A DNA stretch of 64,000 nt from an uncultured Cytophagia bacterium (GTDB taxonomy: Bacteria > Zhuqueibacterota > Zhuqueibacteria > Thermofontimicrobiales > Thermofontimicrobiaceae), in contig CAYYMH010000001.1 in assembly GCA_964472785.1 (NCBI GenBank), positions 13,244 through 77,243 of the forward strand. Direction: 5' to 3'. Below the pieces are notes generated by a model. It was not told the DNA's origin, ran no database searches, and was given only the letters and a program-made list of their open reading frames with translations. Shown in pieces: positions 1 through 10,371 of this stretch (its first letter is position 1; every line of letters begins with the position of its first letter). Made by a program: the position numbers and the translations under genes.

Positions 1-5
1 ATCAA

Positions 6-284
6 ATGGTTATTGCTGTTGATGCCTATGATCCGAATGATGCATTGTTAAGATCTAACTTTGGAATTGAGTATCAGTGGAATAAAATTTTGTCTCTGCG
101 AACCGGATACCGTGGCATCTCTGTTGAAAAGGATGAATACGAATCATACGATACAGCAAGTTATACTTTCGGTGGCGGTATAGCCTATGATTTGAATTTT
201 GCTTTTGTGCGCTTTGATTATGCCTATACAGACTTCAAAGTTTTGGGAACAGGTCATTTGTTTACGCTGATTTTGTACCTGTAA
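6..284 (+). CDS. hypothetical protein, C-terminal fragment; gene starts upstream of the window. Alternating hydrophobic pattern suggests a beta-barrel/OMP-like C-terminus
   Basis: ORF runs from the window edge. No recognisable catalytic motif. A hairpin plus T-run follows it. Confidence 0.35.
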   Translation: MVIAVDAYDPNDALLRSNFGIEYQWNKILSLRTGYRGISVEKDEYESYDTASYTFGGGIAYDLNFAFVRFDYAYTDFKVLGTGHLFTLILYL

Positions 285-301
285 TATTATTGTAAACGTT
301 C

Positions 302-347
302 AAAAAAAACCTCCCTTAATGAGAAATTTAGGGGAGGGTATTTTTTG
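302..347. terminator. intrinsic terminator-like hairpin (AAAAAAAA-CCTCCCTTAAT...ATTTAGGGGAGG-TATTTTTTG)
   Basis: GC-containing inverted repeat flanked by an A-run and a T-run, read directly. Confidence 0.5.
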
Positions 348-468
348 TTGGACACGAATGATCACATCAAAAAAACACTTGCAAAATTCTGAAATTTATC
401 TTATTTTAGCATCCATTAATTGACTCACATCACTATTTAAATTAAATTGACAACGCAGCGAGTAACCT

Positions 469-1761
469 TTGAAACAAACAACCGCGATGAACTATAATCA
501 AGCAATTGATTATCTTTACAGCCTGACAAGTCTGGGCTGGAAATTAGGACTGAACAAAATACGTTCACTCCTCAATGAACTTGATAACCCACAAGATAAA
601 TATAAAGTGATCCATGTTGCGGGGACAAATGGCAAAGGCTCCACTTCAACAATGTTGGTGTCGATTTTAAAATCCGCGGGTTATAAAACCGGTTTATTCA
701 CATCACCCCATTTGGTTTTTGTGGGTGAACGCATTCAAATTAACAATAACATGATCAATCGTGAGGAATTATCTGAATATATCCAAAGGTTACAACCGCT
801 TTTTAAAAAATACAAATGCACCTTTTTTGAAGCACTCACCGCAATAGGATTTTTATATTTTGCCGATCACAAAATCGATATTGCCGTTGTCGAAGTCGGG
901 CTTGGCGGACGATTAGACTCAACCAATGTTGTCAATCCGATTTTGAGCCTGATTACGAATATCAATCTCGATCACGAAAAGCACCTCGGAAATACTCGAA
1001 AAAGCATTGCCAAAGAAAAAGCCGGAATTATTAAACCTAACTCAATCTGCATCACAAACAGTCAATCCAAAAGCGCCAACAGGGTTTTTGAACAAATTTG
1101 TCTCGAGCGTCAGGTTGAGCATATTTCAATTAGCCAACTGCTTAAAATTGACAATCTCGTACTGAATGAAAATTTTTCAAAATTCGATTTAGCAATAAAC
1201 GGCTCGCTCTATCCGCAATTACAGTTGAACTTAAGCGGCTTACATCAAATTCAAAATGCGGCATTAGCCGTAACCGCCGCAAACATTATCAATGCACGGT
1301 ATCTGCCAATTCAAGTAGGTCACATTTATCAGGGGTTAAATGAGGTCCGGTGGCCTGGCAGATTACAATTATTAAACACGAATCCTAAAATCGTTGTTGA
1401 CGTTGCTCATAATCCTGCTGGAATGATTTCACTTAAAAAATCAATCAAAACAATTTTCAAGTACAAGCATTTAATATTACTATTGGGAATTGTCAAAAAC
1501 AAAAACTACCAGAGCATGATTCGACAAATCGCTCCGATGGCGGACTTGTTGATCGCCGTTAAAATTGATAACAGCCGAAGTCTGTCGCCGACCATACTCG
1601 CGAAAACTGCTCGCCAATATCATGCACACGTGAAAAGTTTTCGTTCGGTTGAAGAGGGATTGTGTTTTGCGTTAAAAAATGCCCAACACGACGATCTGGT
1701 GTTGGGTACAGGTTCTCACTTTACGGTAGGCGAAATCATTCAACGTTTGGGAAAGACCTGA
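469..1761 (+). CDS. folC: bifunctional folylpolyglutamate synthase / dihydrofolate synthase (Mur-ligase family). The ATG at 487 is an alternative start
   Basis: P-loop HVAGTNGKGSTSTML and overall Mur ligase/FolC architecture. Confidence 0.85.
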   Translation: MKQTTAMNYNQAIDYLYSLTSLGWKLGLNKIRSLLNELDNPQDKYKVIHVAGTNGKGSTSTMLVSILKSAGYKTGLFTSPHLVFVGERIQINNNMINREELSEYIQRLQPLFKKYKCTFFEALTAIGFLYFADHKIDIAVVEVGLGGRLDSTNVVNPILSLITNINLDHEKHLGNTRKSIAKEKAGIIKPNSICITNSQSKSANRVFEQICLERQVEHISISQLLKIDNLVLNENFSKFDLAINGSLYPQLQLNLSGLHQIQNAALAVTAANIINARYLPIQVGHIYQGLNEVRWPGRLQLLNTNPKIVVDVAHNPAGMISLKKSIKTIFKYKHLILLLGIVKNKNYQSMIRQIAPMADLLIAVKIDNSRSLSPTILAKTARQYHAHVKSFRSVEEGLCFALKNAQHDDLVLGTGSHFTVGEIIQRLGKT

Positions 1762-1789
1762 TAAAAAATAAAAATTCACATAAAAATAC

Positions 1790-1818
1790 TTGACATTAAT
1801 CCAAAAAATTCATAATTT
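1790..1818 (+). promoter_or_regulatory. sigma-70-like promoter candidate TTGACA-N17-TAATTT, about 260 nt upstream of the ABC ATPase gene
   Basis: hexamers read from sequence; spacing is 17 nt. Confidence 0.3.
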
Positions 1819-2078
1819 ACGGACGTTAACTCGCCCTATGAAGAATAAATTGCATTTCGTAATACTTCAAAAATACCCTTCGGCGATTTTATCCTTGGAT
1901 TATTTATGATAATAAAATTACTAAATAATAATTCGGTGCTGGAACTTTGATAATTTTCTCTGTGTTCGTGAAAATCAATTAAATTCCGATTGGCTAAGAA
2001 TAGGGATAAAATTTAATGAAATCGATTCTTTATTGTATAGATTTGTAACAAAAAATGAAGTAACAATGAGGGATAAAG

Positions 2079-3176
2079 ATGGCAAGTGTGAAACTGGAAA
2101 AAGTCACCAAAACATTTGAAAAAGAAGTAATTGCTGTTAATGAAGTTGACATTGACATCCAAGACAAAGAGTTCATGGTACTGGTCGGGCCTTCGGGCTG
2201 CGGGAAATCGACGACGCTGAGAATGATCGCCGGTTTGGAAGAGATCACAAAAGGAGAAATTTACATCGGAGAAAAATTAGTTAATGATATTCCGCCTAAA
2301 GATCGTGACATCGCCATGGTTTTTCAAAATTATGCGCTTTATCCACACATGACAGTCTATCAGAATATGGCGTTTGGATTGAAACTGAGAAAGTTTCCTA
2401 AAAAGCAAATTGAAGCCCGGGTACATGAAGCCGCCGAAATTTTAGAAATCAAAAATCTGCTTGACAGAAAGCCAAAAGCGTTATCCGGTGGGCAACGCCA
2501 ACGGGTCGCAGTAGGACGAGCCATTGTCAGAAAACCCAAAGTTTTTCTGTTTGACGAGCCACTCTCCAACCTTGATGCCAAATTGCGCGTTCAAATGCGA
2601 ACAGAGATATCCAAGCTGCACAATCAACTCGAAACAACAATGATTTATGTCACGCACGATCAAATGGAAGCGATGACAATGGGCAATCGAATTGTTGTTA
2701 TGAAAGATGGTGATATTCATCAAATAGACACCCCGTTAAATTTGTACAATAAGCCAATAAATAAATTCGTCGCCGGTTTTATCGGCAGTCCTTCCATGAA
2801 TTTTATGGTGGGTATGTTAAAGAATGACGGCGGAATGTTTTTTGATGAAGGAAAGATACAGCTCCGGGTTTCCAAACACGATCAAAATAAATTATCAAAA
2901 TATGTCGATAAAAAAATAGTTTTTGGAATTCGACCCGAGGATATACATGATGAGCGTCTTAATCGTGATTTAAAAAATCCCGCAAAAACCCAGTGTATGC
3001 TGGAGGTTATTGAACCCATGGGGAATGAATCGTTCCTTTACTTAAACTCCGGTATAAACTCATTCGTAGCAAGAGTCGAAGCAAGAAGCGATTTGGAAGT
3101 TGGCAAGCAAGCAAATTTAATTTTTGACATGGATAAAGCGCACTTTTTTGACATTGAAACAGAAGCAAGGATATAG
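2079..3176 (+). CDS. ABC transporter ATP-binding protein, MalK/UgpC/MsmK family, with a C-terminal TOBE-like regulatory domain. Orphan: no permease or binding-protein gene is adjacent
   Basis: Walker A GPSGCGKST, signature LSGGQRQRVAVGRA, Walker B FLFDEPLSNLD. Confidence 0.9.
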   Translation: MASVKLEKVTKTFEKEVIAVNEVDIDIQDKEFMVLVGPSGCGKSTTLRMIAGLEEITKGEIYIGEKLVNDIPPKDRDIAMVFQNYALYPHMTVYQNMAFGLKLRKFPKKQIEARVHEAAEILEIKNLLDRKPKALSGGQRQRVAVGRAIVRKPKVFLFDEPLSNLDAKLRVQMRTEISKLHNQLETTMIYVTHDQMEAMTMGNRIVVMKDGDIHQIDTPLNLYNKPINKFVAGFIGSPSMNFMVGMLKNDGGMFFDEGKIQLRVSKHDQNKLSKYVDKKIVFGIRPEDIHDERLNRDLKNPAKTQCMLEVIEPMGNESFLYLNSGINSFVARVEARSDLEVGKQANLIFDMDKAHFFDIETEARI

Positions 3177-3201
3177 TTTATAATTAGAGATATACTCAAT
3201 A

Positions 3202-3330
3202 TAAAGTGGTTATCGGATTTTTTTTAGAATCCATCAGTAAATGAATGGAGTGCGACGCCTTTATGCGTCGCTGTGCAATGCATAAAGGCATTGCACTCCA
3301 CTTTATTAATCAATCCGAAAACCACTTCGT
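3202..3330. other. about 130-nt nested inverted-repeat element, a candidate structured RNA or REP-like element. Outer stem aagtggttatcggat/atccgaaaaccactt, inner stem tggagtgc/gcactcca, two 7-bp hairpins (gcgacgc..gcgtcgc, gcaatgc..gcattgc) and an alternative pairing cctttatgc/gcataaagg
   Basis: seen directly in the sequence between the ABC ATPase gene and rho. Confidence 0.5.
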
Positions 3331-3718
3331 GATTAGTATAACACCTGTCAAACCCAAACAATTATAATATTGAAACATTATTGATCACAGAATTAGTTGA
3401 TGATTTGACGATTAGGAGAATACTTTTAAAAGAATTTACGACGATAGTGAAAGAAAAAATATGGTGGAGTGATTTGATTCTTTAATTTAATTTCAAAAAT
3501 CTCCGGATGATTGCATAATTGAAGTCCTCAAACCAGTTACCTCTTTTCATTTTATAATGTTCAATAATAGGATAAACCAATCTATCATAAATACACAACC
3601 CGTTTTGTCGTACGTGAGGGTTTACTTACTCCGACAACCGGTGAGTTTATGTAGTCAATTTCAATAATAGATTTTATAAAATAATAAGCATCAAAATGTA
3701 ACAAAAAAGGAACAAGCT

Positions 3719-4966
3719 ATGGATATTGCTGAATTAAAGGCTTTGAAAATTAGCGAATTAAACAAAGTAGCTCAAGATCTGAATATTAGTGGATCGACTG
3801 GCTTGAAAAAGCAGGAACTGATATTCAAAATTCTTGAGGAGCAAACAAAACAGGAAGGTCTCATCTTTGCCGATGGTGTCCTTGAAATTTTACCTGATGG
3901 CTACGGATTTTTAAGATCACCGGATTATAATTATCTTCCCGGTCCCGATGATATTTATGTTTCTCCCTCCCAAATTAAACGTTTTGGGTTGCGCACCGGA
4001 GATACGGTTTCAGGGCAAATCCGTCCGCCCAAGGAAAATGAACGCTTTTTCGCCCTGCTAAAAGTGGAAGCGGTCAACTATGAAAACCCGGAAGAAGCGA
4101 AAAACAAGATTCTCTTCGACAATCTGACGCCTCTGTATCCGGAAGAGCGGCTCAATTTGGAATACGCATCAGGAAATTTTTCAACACGAATCATGAATCT
4201 TTTAACACCCATTGGCAAAGGGCAACGCGGATTGATCGTGGCACAGCCCAAAACCGGAAAAACAATGCTGTTGCAGTCTATTGCAAATGCGATCACGACA
4301 AACCACCCCGAAATAAAATTAATCGTCTTGTTAATCGATGAAAGACCCGAAGAAGTGACCGATATGGAACGCTCTGTCGACGCAGAGGTTATTAGCTCTA
4401 CGTTTGATGAACCGGCTGAACGACATGTTCAGGTTTCAGAAATGGTCATTGAAAAATCGAAACGAATGGTTGAGTACAAACAGGACGTTGTGATTTTATT
4501 GGACAGTATTACAAGACTGGCTCGCGCCTATAACACCGTTGTACCTCATAGCGGTAAAATATTGTCCGGTGGTGTCGATGCCAATGCTTTACATAAACCC
4601 AAACGTTTCTTTGGCGCGGCCCGAAATATTGAAGAAGGCGGAAGCTTGACTATTATTGCGACGGCTCTTATCGATACCGGCAGCCGAATGGATGAAGTCA
4701 TTTTTGAAGAATTCAAAGGTACAGGTAATATGGAACTCGTATTAGACCGTAACCTGTCTGACAAGAGGATTTACCCGTCGATTGACATTAACAAGTCCAG
4801 CACCCGAAAAGAAGAGCTGCTATTGAGTAAAAATGAACTGAACCGGGTTTGGATTTTGCGTAAGTATCTAAGTGAATCCACGACCATTGAAGCGGCTGAT
4901 TTCATTTTAGACCGAATGCGCGGAACGAAATCAAACAAAAAATTTCTCGAATCAATGAGTTCGTAA
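3719..4966 (+). CDS. rho: transcription termination factor Rho
   Basis: N-terminal [18 protein letters not shown]-binding domain and RecA-like ATPase with [15 protein letters not shown]. Confidence 0.95.
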   Translation: MDIAELKALKISELNKVAQDLNISGSTGLKKQELIFKILEEQTKQEGLIFADGVLEILPDGYGFLRSPDYNYLPGPDDIYVSPSQIKRFGLRTGDTVSGQIRPPKENERFFALLKVEAVNYENPEEAKNKILFDNLTPLYPEERLNLEYASGNFSTRIMNLLTPIGKGQRGLIVAQPKTGKTMLLQSIANAITTNHPEIKLIVLLIDERPEEVTDMERSVDAEVISSTFDEPAERHVQVSEMVIEKSKRMVEYKQDVVILLDSITRLARAYNTVVPHSGKILSGGVDANALHKPKRFFGAARNIEEGGSLTIIATALIDTGSRMDEVIFEEFKGTGNMELVLDRNLSDKRIYPSIDINKSSTRKEELLLSKNELNRVWILRKYLSESTTIEAADFILDRMRGTKSNKKFLESMSS

Positions 4967-5086
4967 CAATAATTGTTCAAACCTAAATATGTTTTGTTCA
5001 TTTTCTAACAACCAATCATGAATGAAACAGATGTTTGTATCGCCGGGGCAAACCAATAGTTAAAAAATCATCATCTTTAATCGTGA

Positions 5087-5281
5087 CTATTCAGATAACA
5101 AAAAATGCCACAGAGATACAGAGAGCACAGAGGCATTTCAATAATCAATTGGTAGATTTTAGTATATTGATATGGCTTTGAAATTTAATCCGAAACTCTG
5201 ATTCACAAAAATGAGAAAAATAGGTACCCTAAATTTTATTGATTTTTTCTCCGAGTCCTCTGTGACTCGGAAGCTGAATAG
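5087..5281. repeat. MITE-like repeat, copy A. It is about 195 bp with 8-bp terminal inverted repeats ctattcag/ctgaatag and conserved internal hairpins aaatgcc..ggcattt and ccgagtc..gactcgg
   Basis: about 80% identical to 32548..32741 in the same orientation. Confidence 0.6.
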
Positions 5282-5494
5282 ATACCTTTAATATTCCATA
5301 TATTTAGATTTTTGAAACGAACAGGATAAAGAAAAGACTGCCTGCAAAGCTGCTATCAGCAAAACGGAGTAAATTGCTGACAAGTTTTTTTTACTTGCAT
5401 TCATCAAATAATATTATTATATTTACTTCTGTTAAATATTGAATTTTCAAGAAAAGATGAATAAAATGGTTTAAATGTGAGGAGGTTGGTTCCA

Positions 5495-5734
5495 TTGAAA
5501 GAAAAAATTCATCCAAAATATACAGTTGGAAAAGTGACCTGTGCCTGTGGCAACACTTTTGAAGTGAGGTCCACAAAGGGTGATATGCATTTGGAAATTT
5601 GCTCAAGCTGTCATCCATTTTTTACCGGTCGTCAAAAGCTTGTTGACTCGGCGGGGCGTGTTGAGAAATTTAGAAGAAAATATGGTTTAAATAAAAAAGA
5701 AGACGAAGCCAAAGAAGAAAAACAAAATTCTTAG
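5495..5734 (+). CDS. rpmE: 50S ribosomal protein L31. A TTG start after a GGAGG RBS is likely; the ORF track starts it at 5477
   Basis: KEKIHPKY...CxCG...[10 protein letters not shown] zinc-ribbon L31 signature. Confidence 0.9.
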   Translation: MKEKIHPKYTVGKVTCACGNTFEVRSTKGDMHLEICSSCHPFFTGRQKLVDSAGRVEKFRRKYGLNKKEDEAKEEKQNS

Positions 5735-5875
5735 CACTTATTTTTTAAAAAACGGAATACGTCATTTTTTGATCGAATAGATTGATCACGTGTTCCGTTT
5801 TTTAGTATATATACCCCGAACTATTCAAATTGTCGAAATAGCCACGAGCATAACTTTTATAAAAAGGATAAATCG

Positions 5876-6826
5876 TTGTCAGAAGATAAAAAAATTCATG
5901 TTGGAGGACAAGCGGTCATCGAAGGTGTGATGATGCGCTCTCCTAACCGGGTGGCAGTGGCTGTTCGTCGTCCCGACGGAAAAATTGTTCTCAAAAATGA
6001 TCCTTATATTTCTTTAACCAAACGAGGTAAATTTTGGGGAAGCCCGATTATCCGGGGTGCTGTTATCCTGATCGAATCAATGGTGTTAGGCGTTAAAGCT
6101 CTTACTTTCTCCGGTGACGTTGCGATTGAAGAGGAACAAAAAAAAGAAAATAACAAAAAAAAGAAAAAGTCGAAGCCGACCGGTCTATCTAATTTGTGGC
6201 TTATCGGCACGGTTATCTTTTCTTTGTTTTTTGGTCTGGCGTTATTTTTCTATCTGCCCTTGATTTTGACCGAGCTGCTGGGAGCAAAATCAGGGTTCTG
6301 GTTCAATATTATTGACGGCGTGATTCGGATTTTAATCTTTTTACTTTACTTAGTCCTGATCACGCAATGGAAAGATATCCAGCGTATTTTTGAATACCAT
6401 GGCGCTGAACATCAAACAATTTTTACTTATGAAGACGGAAAAGATTTGACGGTAGAAAACTCCAGTAAATACACACCTCACCATCCAAGGTGCGGTACCA
6501 GTTTTCTGATCACAGTATTATTGGTCAGTATTTTTGTCTTTATGTTCTTAGGTAAACCAGACACTATTGTCGAAAGGCTAATTCGGCTGGCTTTTGTGCC
6601 AGTTATTGGCGGGCTATCTTATGAGGCGATAAAGCTCTCTGACAAAAACAAAAACAATCCATTAGTCAGAATAGCAATTAAACCGGGATTATGGCTGCAA
6701 AAAATTACTGCCCGCAAGCCGGACGAATCAATGCTTGAAGTGGCAATCGTCGCATTAAAAGCGTCATTGGGTAAGGAAATAGTTGACGGAGAAAATATCA
6801 TAACCGCCGATCAGCTAAATCGTTGA
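5876..6826 (+). CDS. DUF1385 (YqhQ-like) membrane protein with a poly-Lys low-complexity insert
   Basis: N-terminal [17 protein letters not shown] motif and a hydrophobic core. The DUF1385-prfA-prmC arrangement is a conserved synteny. Confidence 0.7.
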   Translation: MSEDKKIHVGGQAVIEGVMMRSPNRVAVAVRRPDGKIVLKNDPYISLTKRGKFWGSPIIRGAVILIESMVLGVKALTFSGDVAIEEEQKKENNKKKKKSKPTGLSNLWLIGTVIFSLFFGLALFFYLPLILTELLGAKSGFWFNIIDGVIRILIFLLYLVLITQWKDIQRIFEYHGAEHQTIFTYEDGKDLTVENSSKYTPHHPRCGTSFLITVLLVSIFVFMFLGKPDTIVERLIRLAFVPVIGGLSYEAIKLSDKNKNNPLVRIAIKPGLWLQKITARKPDESMLEVAIVALKASLGKEIVDGENIITADQLNR

Positions 6827-6841
6827 ATTGGAGAATTGGTA

Positions 6842-7915
6842 ATGCGCGACAAATTGGAAAAAATTAAAGAACGTTATGATGAATTGAGTCAGTTATTGAC
6901 CGATTCCAAAGTCATCAAAGATCAGACCCGGTTTCCGAAATTATCAAAAGAGCAGAGTGACTTATCGGTTATTGTCGAAAAATATGACCGGCTCAATAAA
7001 ATTGATAGACAGTTGAATCAGGCAAAAGAGATGGTTGAAAATGAGGCTGAATCAGAGCTGATTGAATTAGCAGAAGCAGAGATAGAAGATTTACGAAAAC
7101 AACAAAGTGAATTAGAACAGGAACTGAAGCTACTTTTGATCCCCAAAAATCCGGCTGATGAGAAAAACGCAATTGTCGAAGTACGTGCCGGGACCGGTGG
7201 CGATGAAGCCTGTCTTTTCGCCGGTGATTTAGTACGCATGTATTTTAAATATGCGGAAATGAAAAATTGGAAAGTCGAAGTGTTAAACTCTCATCACCAG
7301 GAACGGGGCGGATTCAAAGAAATCTCATTTTTGGTGAACGGAACAAACGCTTATGGTAAATTAAAATTTGAAGCCGGAGTTCATCGTGTTCAGCGTGTCC
7401 CTGATACTGAAACCAGCGGACGAATCCACACTTCAGCGGCTTCCGTGGCTGTTTTGCCGGAAGTTGAAGAGCTCGAAGTTGAGATTGATCCTAACGATTT
7501 GAAAATAGATGTGTACCGATCATCAGGACCCGGAGGGCAGAGTGTCAATACAACCGACTCTGCCGTCAGAGTGACGCACATCCCGTCCGGTTTAGTGGTT
7601 ACGTGTCAGGACGAAAAGTCGCAGCACAAAAATCGCGCGAAAGCACTTAAAGTATTGAGAGCGCGATTATATGAAAAAATTCAGGAAGAAGAACAGGCAA
7701 AACTGGATGCTGAACGGCGTTCAATGGTGAGCACCGGGGATCGTAGTGCCAAAATTCGCACTTACAATTTTCCGCAGAGTCGAGTCACCGATCATCGCAT
7801 CAATCTGACATTGTACAAGTTAGATAATATTTTAGAAGGGGAAATTGACGAAATTATCGAGCAGCTTCAAGTCGCTGACCGATCTGAAAAATTAAAAACA
7901 GTTGATACAAAGTAA
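6842..7915 (+). CDS. prfA: peptide chain release factor 1. The ATG at 6842 after GGAGAA is preferred over the TTG at 6836
   Basis: GGQ motif ([23 protein letters not shown]) and RF1-type recognition loop [15 protein letters not shown]. Confidence 0.93.
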   Translation: MRDKLEKIKERYDELSQLLTDSKVIKDQTRFPKLSKEQSDLSVIVEKYDRLNKIDRQLNQAKEMVENEAESELIELAEAEIEDLRKQQSELEQELKLLLIPKNPADEKNAIVEVRAGTGGDEACLFAGDLVRMYFKYAEMKNWKVEVLNSHHQERGGFKEISFLVNGTNAYGKLKFEAGVHRVQRVPDTETSGRIHTSAASVAVLPEVEELEVEIDPNDLKIDVYRSSGPGGQSVNTTDSAVRVTHIPSGLVVTCQDEKSQHKNRAKALKVLRARLYEKIQEEEQAKLDAERRSMVSTGDRSAKIRTYNFPQSRVTDHRINLTLYKLDNILEGEIDEIIEQLQVADRSEKLKTVDTK

Positions 7916-7918
7916 AGT

Positions 7919-8806
7919 ATGCCTTCAAAAACATTGCAGGTTATCGAAATCATTCAGTTAATGTCAAAATATCTTGAGGACAAAGGTATTGAAAATGCGC
8001 GCTTAAACGCCGAACTGCTTTCCGGACATGTGCTAAATTTAGACCGCGTCCAGCTCTATTTGAATTTCGAAAAGCCGGTTGAAAAAGATGAAGCCGATCA
8101 GCTTCGCGAACTTTTGAAAAGACGAGCAAATCATGAACCCGTCCAATATATTTTAGGCGAGACTGAGTTTTATTCATTAAAATTTAAAGTCAATAAACAT
8201 ACGCTAATACCTCGTCCGGAGACAGAGATCCTGATTGATGCGATTTTAAAAATACATGAAACCGATTTTCAACATAAAAAAAAGACTAATATTTTAGATA
8301 TTGGCGCCGGTTGCGGAAATATTCCTGTAACTTTAACAAAGAATTTAGCAACAGTTTATGTCACATCAATCGATATTAATTCTGACGCTTTGAAAACAGC
8401 ACAAAAAAACGCCGAAGTTCATGGGGTCGCTGATCGAATTCAATTTTTACATCAAGATGTTTTCGAGGATAATATGAATTCCTTTCCGCAATTCGATTTG
8501 ATTGTCGCTAATCCACCATATATTGCCGAGGACGAATTTAATAACTTACCTGAAGAGATAAAAAAATATGAATCCCACACCGCTTTGTTCGGCGGGAAAG
8601 ACGGTCTTAAATTTTATCATCGAATTGTTGAATTGGCAAAAAATAAATTAGCGGATCAGGGATACATGACCGTGGAAATTGGGGCAGCTCAAGGAAAAAA
8701 AGTCCAAAATCTTTTTCAGGCAAAAGAAATATTTGAGAGCGTACACATTGAAAAAGACTATAATCAACGGGATCGTGTCGTCATCGCTAAAAAAATTAAA
8801 TCTTAA
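7919..8806 (+). CDS. prmC: release factor glutamine N5-methyltransferase PrmC/HemK
   Basis: NPPY motif (VANPPYI), SAM-binding DIGAGCG, and position immediately after prfA. Confidence 0.9.
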   Translation: MPSKTLQVIEIIQLMSKYLEDKGIENARLNAELLSGHVLNLDRVQLYLNFEKPVEKDEADQLRELLKRRANHEPVQYILGETEFYSLKFKVNKHTLIPRPETEILIDAILKIHETDFQHKKKTNILDIGAGCGNIPVTLTKNLATVYVTSIDINSDALKTAQKNAEVHGVADRIQFLHQDVFEDNMNSFPQFDLIVANPPYIAEDEFNNLPEEIKKYESHTALFGGKDGLKFYHRIVELAKNKLADQGYMTVEIGAAQGKKVQNLFQAKEIFESVHIEKDYNQRDRVVIAKKIKS

Positions 8807-8824
8807 AAATACATGAAGGAGATG

Positions 8825-10201
8825 ATGGTGATAAATCCAAGCATTTTCAGAGAATATGATATTCGAGGGATCGCGGAAAAAGATTTAACAGATGAAAACA
8901 TCGAACTTATTGGCAAAGCTTATAGCAGCTTTTTGGGCAAAAAAGAATTGAAAAATTTTGTTGTCGGCAGGGACGTAAGGCTCTCTTCGCCGCGTATCCA
9001 AAAGGCACTTATCCGTGGGATTAATTCAACTGGCGCCAATGTTATTGACATCGGGCAAGTTCCCACGCCGGTGTTGTATTTTGCCATTGTTCATCTTAAT
9101 GCTGATGGTGGAATTATGGTGACAGGTAGTCACAATCCCATCGAATTCAACGGATTAAAAATGTGTGAAGGGATCGCATCGGTTTATGGAAAAGACATCC
9201 AGAAGTTGAAAGATATTATTGAGAAAGGCACTTTTTTGACCGGTCAGGGAAAATCCGAAACAAAAAATGTCTTACCGGAATACATTAGAACGATCAAAGA
9301 AAAAATTAACATCAGCCGTAAATTGAAAGTGGTGATTGATGCCGGTAACGGAACCGCAGGTGAGATTGCGCCCCAGTTGTGGGAAGATTTGGGATGCGAT
9401 GTGACTCGTCTGTATTGTGAACCGGACGGACGTTTCCCCAACCATTTGCCTGATCCGACAGTGCCAAAATATGTTGTCGATTTGAAAGCAACAGTACTTG
9501 AGGAACAAGCGGATGTGGGCATTGGCTACGACGGCGATTCGGACCGCATCGGTGTGATCGATGATAAAGGGAGGATTATTTACGCGGATCGTTTAATCGC
9601 CCTGTTCAGCCAAGACGTGTTAAAAAGGATTCCTGGCGCCACCATTGTTTTTGATGTGAAATGTTCTCAGGCGCTACCCGAATATATTGAGAAATATGGC
9701 GGTAAACCAATTATGTGGAAAACTGGCCATTCACTGCTGAAAGCAAAAATGAAAGAGGAGAAAGCACCATTTGCCGGAGAAATGTCTGGTCACATCTTTT
9801 TTGGGGACGACTATTTTGGTTTTGACGATGCCATCTATGCGTCGGGCAGATTGCTGCAAATTTTATCATCGACAAACAGAAATTTGTCTGATTTGGCTGA
9901 TGAAATTCCGGACTTTATCTCCACACCTGAAATTCGAATCGAATGTGCCGATGAAGAAAAATTTTCCGTGATCAACGATCTGGTCAAAAAGTTCAAAGAT
10001 GAATATGATGTCGTCGATATCGACGGAGCGCGTGTATTGTTTGGTGACGGTTGGGGATTAGTGCGTGCATCCAATACGCAGCCGGTATTGGTATTGAGAT
10101 TTGAAGCGAAAACAGAATCACGTCTGAAAGAGATCAAAAATATTTTTAAAGCCAAATTAAAGGACTATGAAGCTGTTAAATTTAGTGATGATGAATTTTA
10201 G
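8825..10201 (+). CDS. phosphomannomutase/phosphoglucomutase (alpha-D-phosphohexomutase family). Start is ambiguous among 8813, 8825 and 8828
   Basis: active-site TGSHNP, GEMSGH and a four-domain layout. Confidence 0.85.
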   Translation: MVINPSIFREYDIRGIAEKDLTDENIELIGKAYSSFLGKKELKNFVVGRDVRLSSPRIQKALIRGINSTGANVIDIGQVPTPVLYFAIVHLNADGGIMVTGSHNPIEFNGLKMCEGIASVYGKDIQKLKDIIEKGTFLTGQGKSETKNVLPEYIRTIKEKINISRKLKVVIDAGNGTAGEIAPQLWEDLGCDVTRLYCEPDGRFPNHLPDPTVPKYVVDLKATVLEEQADVGIGYDGDSDRIGVIDDKGRIIYADRLIALFSQDVLKRIPGATIVFDVKCSQALPEYIEKYGGKPIMWKTGHSLLKAKMKEEKAPFAGEMSGHIFFGDDYFGFDDAIYASGRLLQILSSTNRNLSDLADEIPDFISTPEIRIECADEEKFSVINDLVKKFKDEYDVVDIDGARVLFGDGWGLVRASNTQPVLVLRFEAKTESRLKEIKNIFKAKLKDYEAVKFSDDEF

Positions 10202-10219
10202 TGAACCGGAGAAATAAAA

Positions 10220-10351
10220 ATGAAAAGACGAGTTGCAAATAAAATTTTAAAAAGAAAAGATAAATTAAATTACTCAAGACAGCAAATTGAGCAGGCAGCG
10301 AAAAAGATGGGCGAAGACCAAAAGCCTGATGAAAGCAAGAAAGAGAAATAA
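10220..10351 (+). CDS. possible small basic protein, 43 aa (MKRRVANKILKRKDKLNYSRQQIEQAAKKMGEDQKPDESKKEK). It is not in the ORF track
   Basis: GGAG RBS 10 nt upstream, located just after the PMM stop; no homology recognised. Confidence 0.25.
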   Translation: MKRRVANKILKRKDKLNYSRQQIEQAAKKMGEDQKPDESKKEK

Positions 10352-10371
10352 CTTCTTTCTCTATTTACATT

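Noticed and set aside
1782-1797. 16-nt motif aaaaatacttgacatt shared exactly with 20613..20628, both containing a TTGACA -35 hexamer
   Set aside because: Expected chance occurrence of an exact 16-mer pair in 64 kb of AT-rich DNA is of order one, and the -10 partner at the second site is poor. Not treated as a regulon signature.
2030-2723. Three small minus-strand ORFs (2030..2248, 2360..2581, 2481..2723)
   Set aside because: All are antisense inside the well-supported ABC ATPase gene.
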